Under the pieces are notes generated by a model. It searched no databases, was not told the origin of the DNA, and was given only the letters and a program-made list of their open reading frames with translations. This document shows, one piece after another, positions 1 through 12,492 of a DNA stretch of 64,000 nucleotides (within the stretch, counting starts at the first letter, position 1; each line of letters starts with the position of its first letter). The translations under genes and the position numbers were made by a program. Source of the stretch: Malacoraja senta. Lineage: Eukaryota. Where the stretch lies: positions 2,728,001-2,792,000 of the forward strand of contig CM075989.1 of NCBI GenBank assembly GCA_038087875.1, written 5' to 3'.

Positions 1-862
1 GTTATTGATAAGGTGACAGAGTGGGTTGAAAAGAAAAAATTGCTTGAAGTTTATATATAAATTTGTGTTGTGTTGTGTTGAAAAGCTTTTTGCTGATCCG
101 TTTGATTCTCACTGTTTGTTTACTTCATTGCACAATAAAAGAGAGTTCTTTGCTATCAAGATCAAATTGATGTCTGGAAGTCTTCATTTTAATATCACTA
201 CAAAGTCTCATGACTTGAATGTAATATTCCTTTCATCATAAAACACAAAATAGAGGAAGGCAAAATATATTCACATCTTGATTCTCACAATCATTTGTGA
301 GATTTAAGGACTCAGCTGCCTCATATGCTGTGCTTTTTAAATGTTTAAAATTGTCACCTCTCAGTAGATCAGAAAATAAGACAAAGTCTTATGTGAAACA
401 AATGTCTTGAATGTGAAACAAAGTCTTTATTCTTGTTCAATATAAAAAACGCTTTTTTGCGCATATTGAGAAAAGTAGCACCACAGCAAACAACACAGTG
501 GTCTGTAAAAGGGCTTCTCATACATGAAAATCAACAAATGAAGCACAAATAAAAGTATTTCCAATATATACTAATTCAGCTGAGAAATGCACTAGTCTAA
601 ATTCAGGCAATAAAAGATACAATGCAATGCGCTAAATGACAAGTTTTGAGATCTACAATCAGATAAGCAGATGCATGATAACCACGTTTTAAAGGAAAGA
701 CAGATGCAATGAAATTACTTTTACACCACAATAAAAAATAAAATCCACACTTAAAGTTAAACAATGAAAAGTCAGCAGGATTTAAACTAAACATGAAATT
801 AACTGGATTTTTCTGCATGTGGGCTCTCCTCATGCAGTGATGTACCTGTGGTCGGCAGCCGC

Positions 863-1421
863 TCAAAATAAGCTGTCCTGCCACGGCACACTGCCCAATT
901 CTGAATTATAGTAGGAGCAGAGATGGTCTCTCTGCTCTTTTGCACTGTTGGTCCCCGTGTTACCTCGAAAACACTGCAGTGGCACCAAAGTCTCGTCGTT
1001 TGTACCACTCCTCCACGCACCTAGTGTTATTCTCCCTGTTTGACTGTCCACTAAGTCACCGTCCTGCATGGCTGTTGCTGATTCTGAAGCTGCACCTCTG
1101 ATACGGATCAGGTTGTGCAGAACACATGCAACAAACACAATAGTCTCTACGTTCTTTGGCTGGCATGACATCATTTTTTTAACATGTGATGATTTTTCAA
1201 CACTTCGATATACATTGTTGCCTCAAGATTAACGGGAGAGGAGCTTGGTAACTCGGGAGAGGAACTTGGAACATCGCAGAAATGAGAAGTAAACAGGAAA
1301 CTTAGACATACCCGTGGGAACTCGGTTAAACTCTGGATCATAAACTTGTAGTCTCGTACGCAACCACGAGTCTTTCACTCGGGGTCACTCGTGGGTTAAC
1401 TCGCACAGTGAGACAGACCTT
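863..1421 (-). mobile_element. PIF/Harbinger transposon deletion derivative: transposase C-terminal fragment plus one TIR (other end probably left of window)
   Basis: ORF 863-1174 has PKNVETIVFVACVLHNL and AKEQRDHLCSYYNSELGSVPWQ, typical of HARBI1-like DDE transposase C-termini. Terminus aaggtctgtctcac (minus) at 1421 is followed by TTA. Repeated actcg motifs lie subterminally. Confidence 0.8.
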
Positions 1422-1577
1422 TTACAACGCCAGAGACCCGGGTATGATCCTGACTACGGGTGCTGTCTGTACGGAGTTTGTACACTCCCCTTGTGACTGC
1501 GGGGGTTTACTCCGGGTGCTCCGGTTTCCTCCCACATCCCAAAGACGTGCAGGTTGTTAGATTAATTGGCTTTGGTA
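1422..1577 (+). mobile_element. HE1/V-SINE-type SINE, 3' part after the Harbinger insertion site
   Basis: tta-caacgccagagacccggg...gggtgctgtctgtacggagtttg, tRNA B-box region plus V-domain. Confidence 0.85.
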
Positions 1578-2004
1578 ATGTGTAATTAAATAATTTATTA
1601 GCCAAGTATGTAAACATACAAGGAATTAGATTTGCCGACAGTCAGACAAAAAGGCAACAAGATACCTAACCACATGAAAATTAAACATAGACTTAAACAG
1701 CCACCACAGCGGCGTGTGAGAATCCCCAGGGCACACAGCATAAGCGGTGACCCACAGCCAACAGTTCAATGTCCGGGCCACACACACGCTCCGTCACCGT
1801 GATGTGACCAGAGCTGTACCGACCGCTACCACTCTCTCTGCAGTCCCTGTCCGCCCGAACATTCAGAAAGCCGTCAGCACTTGCACCAGACTCCGGGATG
1901 TCCTCATGGAGCCATGTCCCTGCAAACACCGAGATCACTGCACTCACGGCACTCCCCCCGCGACCCCACCAGCACAGGCAGCACGTCCTGCGAAATCATG
2001 CGAA

Positions 2005-3140
2005 ATAATAATATTGACCACCACTGCTATGCCGATGACACTCAAATCTATGTAGCGCTATCACCCCATAGATCTGCTGTGCCAGTGCATTGAGCAAGTC
2101 AAAGACTGGATGTGCCAAAATTTCCTCCAACTAAATAAGGACAAAACGGAGATAATTGTTTTTGGTGCTAAAAATGAAAGGCTTAAAGTAACCCAACACC
2201 TTCACTCTCTGTCCCTGAAAACTTCAAACAAAGCCAGAAACCTCGGGGTTATTATGGATTCAGATTTACATTTCGACAGTCACATCAAATCAGTAACAAA
2301 ATCGGCCTACTATCACCTCAAAAACGTAGCAAGACTAAGAGGACTCATGGTACACAAAAATGCTGGAGAAACTCAGCGGGTGCAGCAGCATCTATGGAGC
2401 GAAGGAGATAGGCAACGTTTCGGGCCGAAACCCTTCTTCAGACATAAGAGGACTCATGTCAGCTCAAGACTTAGAAAAACTTGTACATGCCTTTATTACT
2501 AGTAGGCCAGATTATTGTAACGGTCTCCTTGCAGGTCTTCCGAAAAAAACTGTCAGGCAGCTACAGCTTGTTCAGAACGCTGTTGCTAGAGTTCTAACAA
2601 AGACCAACAAATTTGAACACATTACACCAATTCTTAAATCCTTACATTGGCTCCCTGTATGTCAGAGAATTGATTTCAAAATCCTGCTGCTCACCTATAA
2701 ATCACTACATGGTTTAGGGCCAAATTATATCACTGACATACTTCCACTATATAAGCCTTCTAGACCGCTAAGATCTTCTGTTAGTGATTCCCAGAGTAAA
2801 TACAAAACATGGGAAAGCAGGATTTAGTTACTATGCAACAAATAGCTGGAATAAACTTCCTGAAGATTTAAGACTTGCCCCTACTTTCACCACTTTTAAA
2901 ACAAGACTGAAAACTTTGATGTTTACTTTAGCTTTCAGCTAAATCTCAACTACATTGCACTTTTAACTTTTGCACTTTTCTATAATGCATTTTTAACTTT
3001 GCTTTTCTTTTATTTTAATTCTTCTATTTTATTTCATTTTATTATTTCATTTTATTGTATGACATGTTTTTATGTGAAGCACTTTGAGTCTGCCTCGTGT
3101 ATGAAATGTGCTATAGAAATAAACTTGCAGTTGCAGTTGC
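2005..3140 (+). mobile_element. L2-clade LINE, 5'-truncated (RT C-terminus + 3'UTR)
   Basis: HCYADDTQIY, FLQLNKDKTEII, HAFITSRPDYCNGLLAGLP, HITPILKSLHWLPV; ends aataaac(ttgcag)n. Confidence 0.9.
2350..2444 (-). mobile_element. Short Penelope-like terminal fragment inserted in the L2, with 14-bp TSD
   Basis: TSD taagaggactcatg at 2336-2349 and 2445-2458; minus strand has gtctgaagaagggtttcggcccgaaacgtt. Confidence 0.85.
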
Positions 3141-3369
3141 AGTCCATCTTGTGTTGTCGGCGACCTCACATCCCTCACTGTGATGGAAGGCAAATAATTT
3201 ATACCTTCTTTCCTGCTTTTGTCGCGGTCAGGGCAATCGAACCTCATGCAGGCGGCGATCGAAGGCCCCATGATCTGGGCGGGCGAAACTCTTGTGGCTG
3301 GAGCTCCCGCAGTCCATCCCTAACAAAGGGACTACCACCGCTACGATGTTAAAGCCGCAAGGAGATATA

Positions 3370-3720
3370 CAAGGAAAGGACTGGACAAGCTAGATGCAGG
3401 AAAAATGTTCCCAATGTTGGGCGAGTCCTGAACCAGGGGCCACAGTCTTAGAATAAAGGGGAAGCCATTTAAAACTTTTTTCACCCAGAGAGTTGTGAAT
3501 TTGTGGAATTCCCTGCTACAGAGGGCAGTGGAGGCCAAGTCACTGGATGGATTTAAGAGAGAGTTAGATAGAGCTCTAGGGGCTAGTGGAGTCAAGGGAT
3601 ATGGGGAGAAGGCAGGCACGGGTCATTGATTGGGGACGATCAGCCATGATCACAATGAATGGCGGTGCTGGCTCGAAGGGCCGAATGGCCTCCTCCTGCA
3701 CCTATTTTTTATGTTTCTAT
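3370..3720 (+). mobile_element. CR1/HER1-type LINE 3' fragment
   Basis: ttcacccagagagttgtgaatttgtggaattcc (FTQRVVNLWN) and 3'UTR gatcagccatgatc...gaagggccgaatggcc. Confidence 0.85.
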
Positions 3721-4519
3721 GAAAAAGTTGCATCTCCGTCGAGGAAAGAGAATAAAAAGGTTTCCCCCCAAACCCCCGCCCTCACATAATACAAAAACTA
3801 AAGGCACACTGTAAACATACAAGTAAACACAGTAAACACTGACCAAAACAGCAAAAGAAGAAAAAGACAAGACAAGCTGTTGGCACGGCTGCCATGTACG
3901 GCACCAGCGCTGGAAGAGACTGTATGACATTGTAACTGGTGACTGTTGGTCGGAGCAGACTCGCTGGTCTGAAGGGCCTGTTTCCATGCCGTATCTCTCA
4001 ACTATAACTAAACTTGATTTGCACATCAAGTCATGCATCCAGTCTTTAATTTTATGATAATTTATTAATTGATTAATTCACATCAGAACCAAACCTTTCC
4101 GCACCATGAGGATGGAACAAAAGGAGCTGCCTCTCCCTCTCTCCACTCCCGACTTCACACAAACCCAGGAAGGAAGTCCTTGATCGTTCTGTAGATTTTG
4201 GATATGTATTATTTAATCTCATCAAAGCTTTCGGGACCAGGTTATTACCAGATCTATTTCTAGTTAGGCATAGTTCAATTACCCGAGACCTCGTTTATTG
4301 GAATTGAAAAGGAAAATTAAACCTGCAATCGGTAGTATTTGAGGATGTCTGAGGTTTGATATTTAACCAATTCTTGCTTTGATCAGCCTTGTTGCACATT
4401 AATAGTTTTCCAATTGCAATCAGAGCTTTTCCATGGCAGTTTCAATGGATAGTTCCCTGTCTCCACTCACCAGTCAGGCTATCTGATTCATCTCGATGAG
4501 GGGTTTGGTTAGAACTAGG

Positions 4520-5061
4520 GTGGCACGATGGCACAGCGGTCGAGTTGCAGCCAGGCAGCATCAGAGGCCCGGGTTCGATCCTGACTACAGGTGCTGTTCG
4601 TCTGGAGTTTGTATGTTCTCCCTGTGACCTGTGTGGGTTTTCCCCGGATGCTCCAGTTTCCTCCACACTGCAAAGATGCACAGGTTTGGAGGTTGTGTGT
4701 GGGAAGGAACTGCAGATGCTGGTTTAAACCAATAGACACAAAAAGCTGGAATAACTCAGTGGGTCAGACAGCATCTCTGAACAAAAATGAATAGGTGATG
4801 TTTTGGGTCTTGACCCTTCTCAGAAGTAGGGTCTTGACCCTGGACATCACCTATTTCTTTGCTCCAGAGAGGCTGTCTGACCCGCTGAGTTACTCCAGCT
4901 TTTTGTGTCTATCTTAGGTTTGTAGGTTAATTTGCTTGGTAAAATTGTAGATTGTCCCTGATGTGTGTAGGATAGTGTTATTACGTGGGGATCGCGGGTC
5001 GACACGGACTCGGTGGGCTGAAGGGCCTGTTTCCGTGCTGTATCTCTAAACTAAACTAAAC
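4520..5061 (+). mobile_element. HE1/V-SINE interrupted by an inverted-pair Penelope-like insertion (~4695-4915)
   Basis: tRNA-like head and (ctaaa)n tail; aggtttgkaggtt duplicated on both sides of the insert. Confidence 0.8.
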
Positions 5062-6049
5062 GGATGCCATAGGTTGAGTACTTTATTAAATTTCATTTAT
5101 TTTACCTCATCCACCCCTAAAATTATGTCTCTGGCTCCTCCTATCAATTAGATATTAGTAATGGTGCATTTAATTAGATAAATAGAGAGTAAAGGAGCAA
5201 GCAATGTGAAGGCAAGCAAGATGTCCACTGTAGAATCTCCACGTGTTTTCAGACATTTGGTGGAATGTTTGATCCAGACCTTCCTCTTGCCCCCTCTTGA
5301 ATTCACACCCTGCTCTCGGATTGACCTTTCTGTCTGCAACCTCCTGCATGGTTGGGTATGGTTTGGGACTTCATTTGTCACATGTACAGTGAAATTCATC
5401 TTTGTATACAGTTCAGTATGTGTCACCATACATAAGCACTTGGATACATATTAGATAAGCATGCCAGATACAGTACAAGTGTATAGCAGTCGTAGGTAGA
5501 CAAAAATGCTGGAGAAGCTCAGCGGGTGCGGCAGCATCTATGGAGCGAAGGAAATAGGCAACATTTCAGGCCAAAACCCTTCTTCAGACTTCTTTAGCAG
5601 TAGTACACTGAACCTGTATACAGCATCACCAGCTAGGCACGGTCTTCAAGTCCCAGTTGGTGTAAGTACAGGGTGCTTGACCTGACCATGAAGGCCCGTT
5701 GTCATGGCGACGTTGCAGGGTCGGCCTGGCCAAGCGTAGCCGTGGTGTCCTCCGCCGCTGCTCCACCGCTGTAGGCCGCGTGCGGTCCACGTGCTCGGCC
5801 TCTTGGAGCGGCGCCCGGTCCAGCCGAGCCCCAGGCTGCTGCAGGGCCTCCAGTGGCCCACTCCCCCATCGAGGCCGTTCATACCCTCCCGCAGCCGGTC
5901 TGCTCACCAGCCCTCCCGTGGACCCTCCATCCACACCTTCTGGTTTAAGGCACTGTTGTCTTCGCCCTCACTAGTGGGCCTCACTGATCACCAACTTCAC
6001 GACAAATGTCAAGGAATTTATTCTACAAGCTGTTGAGCCACCTTTCCGA

Positions 6050-6342
6050 ACGGCAGTGCAGCAGTAGAGCAACTGTCTAACAGCGCCAGAGACCCCGGTT
6101 CAATCCTGACTGCAGGTGCTGTCTGTAAGGAGTTTGTGCGTTCTCCCCGTGACCTGCATGAGTCTTCTCTGAGATCTTCGGTTTCCTCCCACACACAAAA
6201 GACGTACAGGTTTGTCCGTTAATTGCCTTGGTATAAAAGTAAAATTGTCCCAAGTGTGTGTAGGATAGTGCTAGTGTACGGGATCGCTGGTCGGTGCCAA
6301 AGGGCCTGTTGCCATGCTCTAAACTAAATGGAACTAAACTAA
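6050..6342 (+). mobile_element. HE1/V-SINE
   Basis: Head ggttcaatcc B-box, V-domain, ctaaa tail. Confidence 0.8.
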
Positions 6343-7134
6343 GACTTGAATCAACTTGCACTTCCATCAAATCACACCACAACATGTTTCAAAGGTTAAA
6401 ATCCCAGCAAGTGATGCATGTGCCTGCCATGCCTTAGTCCAGCAAGGCTTGGTTTCATTTACTCTTTGTTTAACACAAACTATTCCTTTCCTCTCTACAA
6501 AGTGACAACTGTATCCATCCTGTTGCAGCTCCTGTTATTTGTTTTGTCTCTCATGATTTCATTAATTTTGTTTGACAGTCAACTCCCAAGTCTGAGTCAC
6601 GTACGGTGGTGATCTGTTACCTTCCAAACAGGAGGAAGATCATGTCGGCAATGTTGCCACAAGCAGCTAAAATCACCCGAAGAATGGTCTTGGCTCAATA
6701 CCAAGACACAATAAGAGCTACCTGTGGAGCGGAGAAAACTTAGAAGATGGGTCTTAGACTCGTTTGAAATATGGAAATCAGCAAAATAAAATCTAGTGTG
6801 TAAAAAAATGGAAATCAGCAAAATAAAATCTAGTGTGTAAAAAAAGCAATGCATTTTACATCCATTTTTTATCAACACAATACTCGCTTTTATTCACGAT
6901 ATATCTCCCAGTGGAAGGAAGACTTGATGTTGGAAATGTCAAGATAATTAATTGCTAAGCAACAAAAATCAGTGGATTCATAGAGATTCAGGAAATGTTC
7001 TTTAACCGTACTGTCAAGGAGAGATTGTATAAAAAGTTTGGCCAGTCAATGAAGATATGTCAAAGTAATGTCAAAGAACTAACATCTGGGTTCACTAAGT
7101 TTTAGTTTAAGATGCACAACGAGGAAACAGGTCT

Positions 7135-7137
<3 letters not shown>

Positions 7138-7170
<33 letters not shown>

Positions 7171-7940
7171 GATTTATTGATCACGTACACAATAAAGTAC
7201 AGTGAAATGAACTTGCCAGCAGCGGTACAACCAAAAAAGAACACACAATACACAATAAAAATTTAACACAAACATACACCACAGCATTCTTCACTGTGGT
7301 GGAAGGCACAAAGTACAGTCAGTCCTCCTCCATTGTTCCCCCGTGGTCGGGGCCATAAACCTCCGCAGTCGCGGCTGCGGGCAGCCAGATGTACAGGCCC
7401 TCTCGTCGGGACGGTAAGTCCTGAATCAGCGCTTCCCTAACGGAGACCGCGGCTTCAGGATGTTGTAGGCCGCAGCCCGGCGGTCGGAGCCTCTCCAGGG
7501 ATCCCCGGCGAAGGGATCCCACTCCGGATGGTAAGTCCATGCCGCGCCCACAGCTAGAAGCTCCGCAGACCGCGGCTTCGGGCTGTAACAGTGTGCGGGC
7601 CAGCGATCGGAGCACTCCCTTCTGGCGACTCCAGCAAGGGCTCGCCCGCTCCGCGATGAAAAGTCCACGCTGCGCCCGCTGCTGACACTCCGGGCCCGAC
7701 TCCGGGAAAGGCCGCACCAATCCATGGTGTTAGGCCGCGAGGGAGGCAACATGGAAAAAGTCGCCTCTCCGTGGAGGAGGCGACCAAAAGCGGTTTCCCC
7801 CTTATCCCTCCTAACCACCCCCCACACAACACACACCAATAGACATTAAAACACACATTTGGACACACTAGAAAAAACAAAACAAGTAGAAATGACGAAG
7901 ACGCCGCTGGCAGGGCAGCCGTCTCACAGCGCCCTCACCG
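7138..7940 (-). mobile_element. Unclassified ~0.8-kb GC-rich retroelement with (ATTG)n tail, nested in a minus-strand SINE
   Basis: (caat)n at 7138-7169. SINE sequence gaaacaggtctt stops before it and resumes ccttcggccc after it. Related to 62753-63505. Confidence 0.55.
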
Positions 7941-7944
7941 ACAC

Positions 7945-8200
7945 CCTTCGGCCCATCGAGTTACCACTAACCAGCAATCTCCGCACATTAACACTATGGA
8001 CAATTTTCACATTTATATCAAGCCAATTAACCTACAAGCCTGTACGTCTTTGGAGTGTGGGAGGAAACCAAAGTTCTCAGAGAAAACCCACGCAGGTCAT
8101 GGGGAGAACGTGCAAACTCCGTACAGACAGCACCCGTAGTCGGGATCAAACCCGGGTCTCCGGCGCTGTATGGCCGCAACTCTACCGCTGCGCCACCGTG
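7945..8200 (-). mobile_element. HE1/V-SINE
   Basis: Reverse complement of SINE consensus ending ctctaccgctgcgccaccg. Confidence 0.85.
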
Positions 8201-8759
8201 TCAAGATCCAGAAATGATATCCAGCTGCAGTATCACAGGAAGATTGAGGAGGCCATTGTCACACAATAGGTCTGATCACTTGTACAATTATTTTTGGTTA
8301 ATACAAGGTTTCCTACTTGGTCACATTACAAATAAAATTAAAATGTCACAAATGTCCAGTCTTCCTTAATTTGAGTTTAGTTTATTGACACATGTACCGA
8401 GGTACAGTGAAAAGCTTTTGTTGCATGCTAACCAGTCAGCAGAAAGACAATGCATGATTACATTCGAGCCATTTACAGTGTACAGATACATGATGAAGGC
8501 AATAATGTTTAGTGCAAGGTAAAGCCAGTAAAGTCCGATCAAAAATCAGTCTGAGGGTCTCCAATGAGGTAGATATTAGTTCAGGACCTCTCTCTAGTTG
8601 TTGGTAGGATGGTTCAGTTGCCTGATAGCACGTGGGAAGAAACTGTCCCTGAATCTGAAGGTTTGCGTTTGCCCGATGGGAGAGGGGAGAAGAGGGAGTG
8701 ACCAGGGTGCGACTCGTCCTTGATTATGCTGGTGGTAGATCCTTTATTTCAGTGGCCTT

Positions 8760-9460
8760 AAACTAAGTCTTAAAGCAAGACTCTTATCAACTTCGACAGA
8801 TGCACCATAGAAAGCATTCTGCCGGGTTGCATCACAGCTTGGTTTGGGAACAGCTCTGCCCAAGTTGTGGAAGTAGCCCAGTCCATCCATGAACCATTCT
8901 CCCCACCAGTAACTCCATCTACACTTCACGCTGCCTCGGGAAAGCAGCCAACATAATCAAGGAAGATAGACACAAAAAGCTGGAGTAACTCAGCGGGACA
9001 GGGAGCATCTCTGGAGAGAAGGAATGGGTGACGTTTTGGGTCGAGACCCTTCTTCACACTCTTCCGTTGACATAATCAAGGACTTTTCCCACCCAGGTCA
9101 TTCCTTCTACTCCCTGCTCCAATCGGTCAGAAGATACAGAAGGTTGATAGTACGCTTTAGGAGATTTAGGAACAGTTTTCCCCCTCTGTTATTAGAATCT
9201 GAACGGTTCTACTAGAAGCAGAGTACAGTCCTGATTTTCCAACCTACCTAATTGCGGACATTGGACTTTTTCTCTGGAACATTTATGCTGTAATGGTGGG
9301 AATTATATTGTTTACTCTGATATTTTCCTCTTTGCTCTACCTGTTGTACGCGCATTTGGCTTGATAATATTCATGTATAATATTACCACATTTGATAGGA
9401 TAGCACGTAAACAAAAGCTTGTCACAGTATCTCAGTACAGGTGATAATCCTACACCTAAA
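8760..9460 (+). mobile_element. Degenerate Rex1/Babar-type LINE 3' fragment with a PLE insert (8964-9069, TSD acataatcaagga)
   Basis: Remnants of RCTIESIL.GCITAWFG and IIKDFSHPGH...RYR...RFRNSF. Confidence 0.7.
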
Positions 9461-11034
9461 CCCAGGATGAGCTGAGCTGTGTGGACACTGGCAAGTTGAG
9501 ACCTTCTCATTGCCACCACTCCACACCCGTTTATGTACAGCTGGCTCACATTCCCAGGAAGTAATGCAGTCAATAGAAGGACCATCCTTGAATCAAACTC
9601 AGCATTGCAGCACACCAGTTCCGGAGTAAAGTCCAACGTCTGCAGTGGGATCGAGGTGAATCACCCTCGCTTGTGGAAGGACTCTTCTGAAGCCTGATAA
9701 CAGAGAGGAATAAGTTGTTCCAATGTGTGTTTTCAAGCTTCTGTACCTTCTGTTGGAAAGGAACAAGGAGAAGAAGGAATAACCCTGGTCTTTCCCTTTA
9801 CATTATCTACTGTATTTGAGCTCATTGTGTTTATGTACAGAGTACATGAGAATAATAAACCTTCAAAATGACATAGAACGAGTGGGAACGGGTGATCGAT
9901 GATCGGCATGGACTCATTGGGCTGAAGTGTTGGATTCCAAGCTGTATCTTTCAATACATCAATCAAATTCAATCAATCAATAATGAGAAGCATAACAACA
10001 TAAAGATGGAGAGGCTGATGATACATTTCTGAAGGAAAAGGAAAGGTGTAAACAGAACACGGTGCCACTTCCAACAGGAAGGACAAGTGCAGGGGCTCTA
10101 CTGCAAGGTCTACATTGCCCCAAAAGTTTCCACTACCACCGATGGGTTCCTGTCTACAGGCTGTCTGGATAGAAGGAATAGGTGATGTTTCGGGTCGAGT
10201 CCCTTCTTCAGAGTGAGAGGGAAACGAGAGATATGAAAAGGTATGTAGAACAAATGAACGAAAGGTATGCAAACGGACAAATCCAAGCCAGCAACGATGA
10301 TCAAGGAAAGGTGGAGCCCACAACAATTGTCTCCCCTGTCCCTCAGTTTGAAGAAGGGTCTCGACCCGAAACGTCACCAATTCATTTTCTCCAGAGATGC
10401 TGCCTGTCCCGCCGAGTGACTCCAGCTTTTTGTGTCCACCTTCGATGTAAACTGGCATGCGTAGTTCCTTCCTGCACCTACAGTCTGACTGGGCTGCTTC
10501 AGATGCTACTCTTGACCTGTCTGTGGGGTCACTACATGCCATAGCCAGCAGCAGAATGCAGCAATCTGCACAATCTTCACTATATGTGTTAGGGACACAT
10601 CCAGGTTCCAGGGCAGTGTTTCAACATGTCATCATGCACAACAATTTCTGTGCAGACACTAAACCGTTATTAATCCTGTGCTCAGTCACTGTGGAGGGAT
10701 TTCACACTGGTACCATTTCTCAACATCGCAGGCTTGACTGTTGTTTATCCACTTGACATTTGTAGTTGTAAGTCATAAACTAGTGAAACGGTAGATTGCC
10801 TCAAGATAAAAGACTATGACAGCCTGGAAATCAATAATGTCGTGCTGATATTCATAAATAAATGACATATGAAAAACAGTGAAACCCTTTCCTAGTCACA
10901 CAAGTGGAGAGATTCCAATGGGGACCAAGATAAACACAAAGTGCCGGAGTACCTCAGCAGGTCAGGCAGCATCTCTGGGGAAAAAGGATGGGTGCCGTTT
11001 GAGGTCAGAACCCTTCTTCAAACTTCCATTAGGG

Positions 11035-11331
11035 TTGGCACAGTGGTGCAGCGGTAGAGTTGGTGCCTTACAGCGCCAGAGACCCGGGTCTGATACTGAC
11101 TACAAGTGCTGTCTGTACGTAGTTTGTACATTCTCCCTGTGACCTGGGAGCTCCGGTTTCCCCCCACACTCCAAAGACGTACAGGTTTGTAGGTTAATTG
11201 GCTTGGTATAATTGTAAATTGTCCCCAGTGTGTGTCGGATAGTGTTAGTGTGCGGGGATCGCTGGTCGGCGGGAACTCGGTGGAACGAAGGGTCTGTTTC
11301 CACGCTGCATCTCTAAACTAAATAAAACTGA
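11035..11331 (+). mobile_element. HE1/V-SINE, near full length
   Basis: ggtgcagcggtagagttggtgccttacagcgccagagacccggg ... ctaaactaaa. Confidence 0.88.
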
Positions 11332-11692
11332 ACAAGGACCTTGTGGACAGTACATGGTACTGTTGAGAATCCTACCAAGGTTTAAGGTTGCATATCTCTC
11401 TCATGTAAAGTGTTGATATTGCACAGAGGGCAAAGCAGGAAATAATTATATTTCGAGCATTTCTCATGAGCCTGGACAACTGTTTAACCGAGTTAAAGCC
11501 AATGAACCATTTTGGAAGTGCAGCAACCATTGTCAAGAAGGCAGCAACTAATTCACATCCAATAATGGCCCACACACTGCAAGGATATAAATAACCAGGC
11601 GAGCTGAGCTAGTAACGTCGGTTAAGAGATCAATATTGTCCAGGGCATCAGCGAAAAGTAACCATCTTTCTTTGAAACAGAGCATCAAGGCC

Positions 11693-12492
11693 GGCATGGA
11701 GGCACCACGGTAGAGTTGGTGCCTTAAGGCTCTGTCCCACGGGTTTGCGGTCGTTGGCGGTGAAGCGCGGCGTCGCCGGAAGAGGGGACCGCACGGCAAC
11801 CACGAGAGCGCCGCACGGATGCTGCACGGGGGGCTAAGTACGGCCGGTTCAACGAGCTTGCGGTTTCGGCTGATGACGTCTTTCGGATCGCGGGGCTGTG
11901 GCGGCGGCCGTGCCGCACATGTACCTCACTGTCGGCGGCTGTGGCGGTGAGAGTTCCACTCGCGGTGCTCGTGCCTCACTGGCGGCGGCTGTGGCGGCGG
12001 CCGTGCCGCACTCGTGCCTCACTGGCGGCGGCTGTGCGGTAGGAACATATTTTTGGACAGTGTTGGTTTTTTTTAGCACCGTGCGGTGTTGGGAACAATG
12101 CCGCACGGCCCCGGAATTGTGCGTTTGACCGAGCCCGCGGTCTCTGGCGGCCCAGGAGCGGTAGATAGTTCCTGTTTCGCCGCCAATGACCGCAGACTCG
12201 TGAGACAGGCCTTTTACAGCGCCGGAGACTTGGGTTCGATCATGACTACGGGTGTCGTCTGTACAGAGTTTGTACGTTCTCCCCGTGACCTGACTGGTTT
12301 TTCTCCGAGAACTTCGGTTTCCTCCCACACTCCAAAGACGTGCAGGTTTGTAGGTTAATTGGCTTGGTGTAAATGTAAAATTGTTCCTAGTGTGTGTAGG
12401 ATAGTTTTAGTGTGAGGGGATCGCTGGTCGGCGCTGACTCGGTGCGCCACGGGGCCTGTTTCAGCGCTATATCTCTGAACTAAATCAAACTA
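11693..12492 (+). mobile_element. HE1/V-SINE split by a Harbinger MITE
   Basis: Head ends gtagagttggtgcc-TTA (11726); body resumes TTA-cagcgccggagac (12214). Confidence 0.85.
11727..12213. mobile_element. Non-autonomous PIF/Harbinger element (MITE)
   Basis: ~38-bp imperfect TIRs aggctctgtcccacgggtttgcggtcgttggcgg / aaggcctgtctcacgagtctgcggtcattggcgg; TTA TSD at 11724-11726 and 12214-12216; internal ctcactggcggcggctgtg repeats. Confidence 0.88.

Noticed and set aside
5626..6036. GC-rich patch with ORFs on both strands
   Set aside because: No recognisable domain or splice structure; stop-poor because of GC content, probably a repeat fragment
6621..6721. Exon-like 101-nt minus-strand segment (ctccacag|...GAAG|gtaaca)
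   Set aside because: No Trk similarity, wrong length for the expected ~75-nt exon 2, and it would give an immediate TAG after the phase-2 donor; no support as a real exon
6771..6846. 37-bp direct tandem duplication
   Set aside because: Simple local slippage duplication with no sign of function
11035..11110. tRNA-like heads (A/B-box-like motifs) throughout the window
   Set aside because: They continue into SINE V-domain and tail and lack a complete cloverleaf; not tRNA genes
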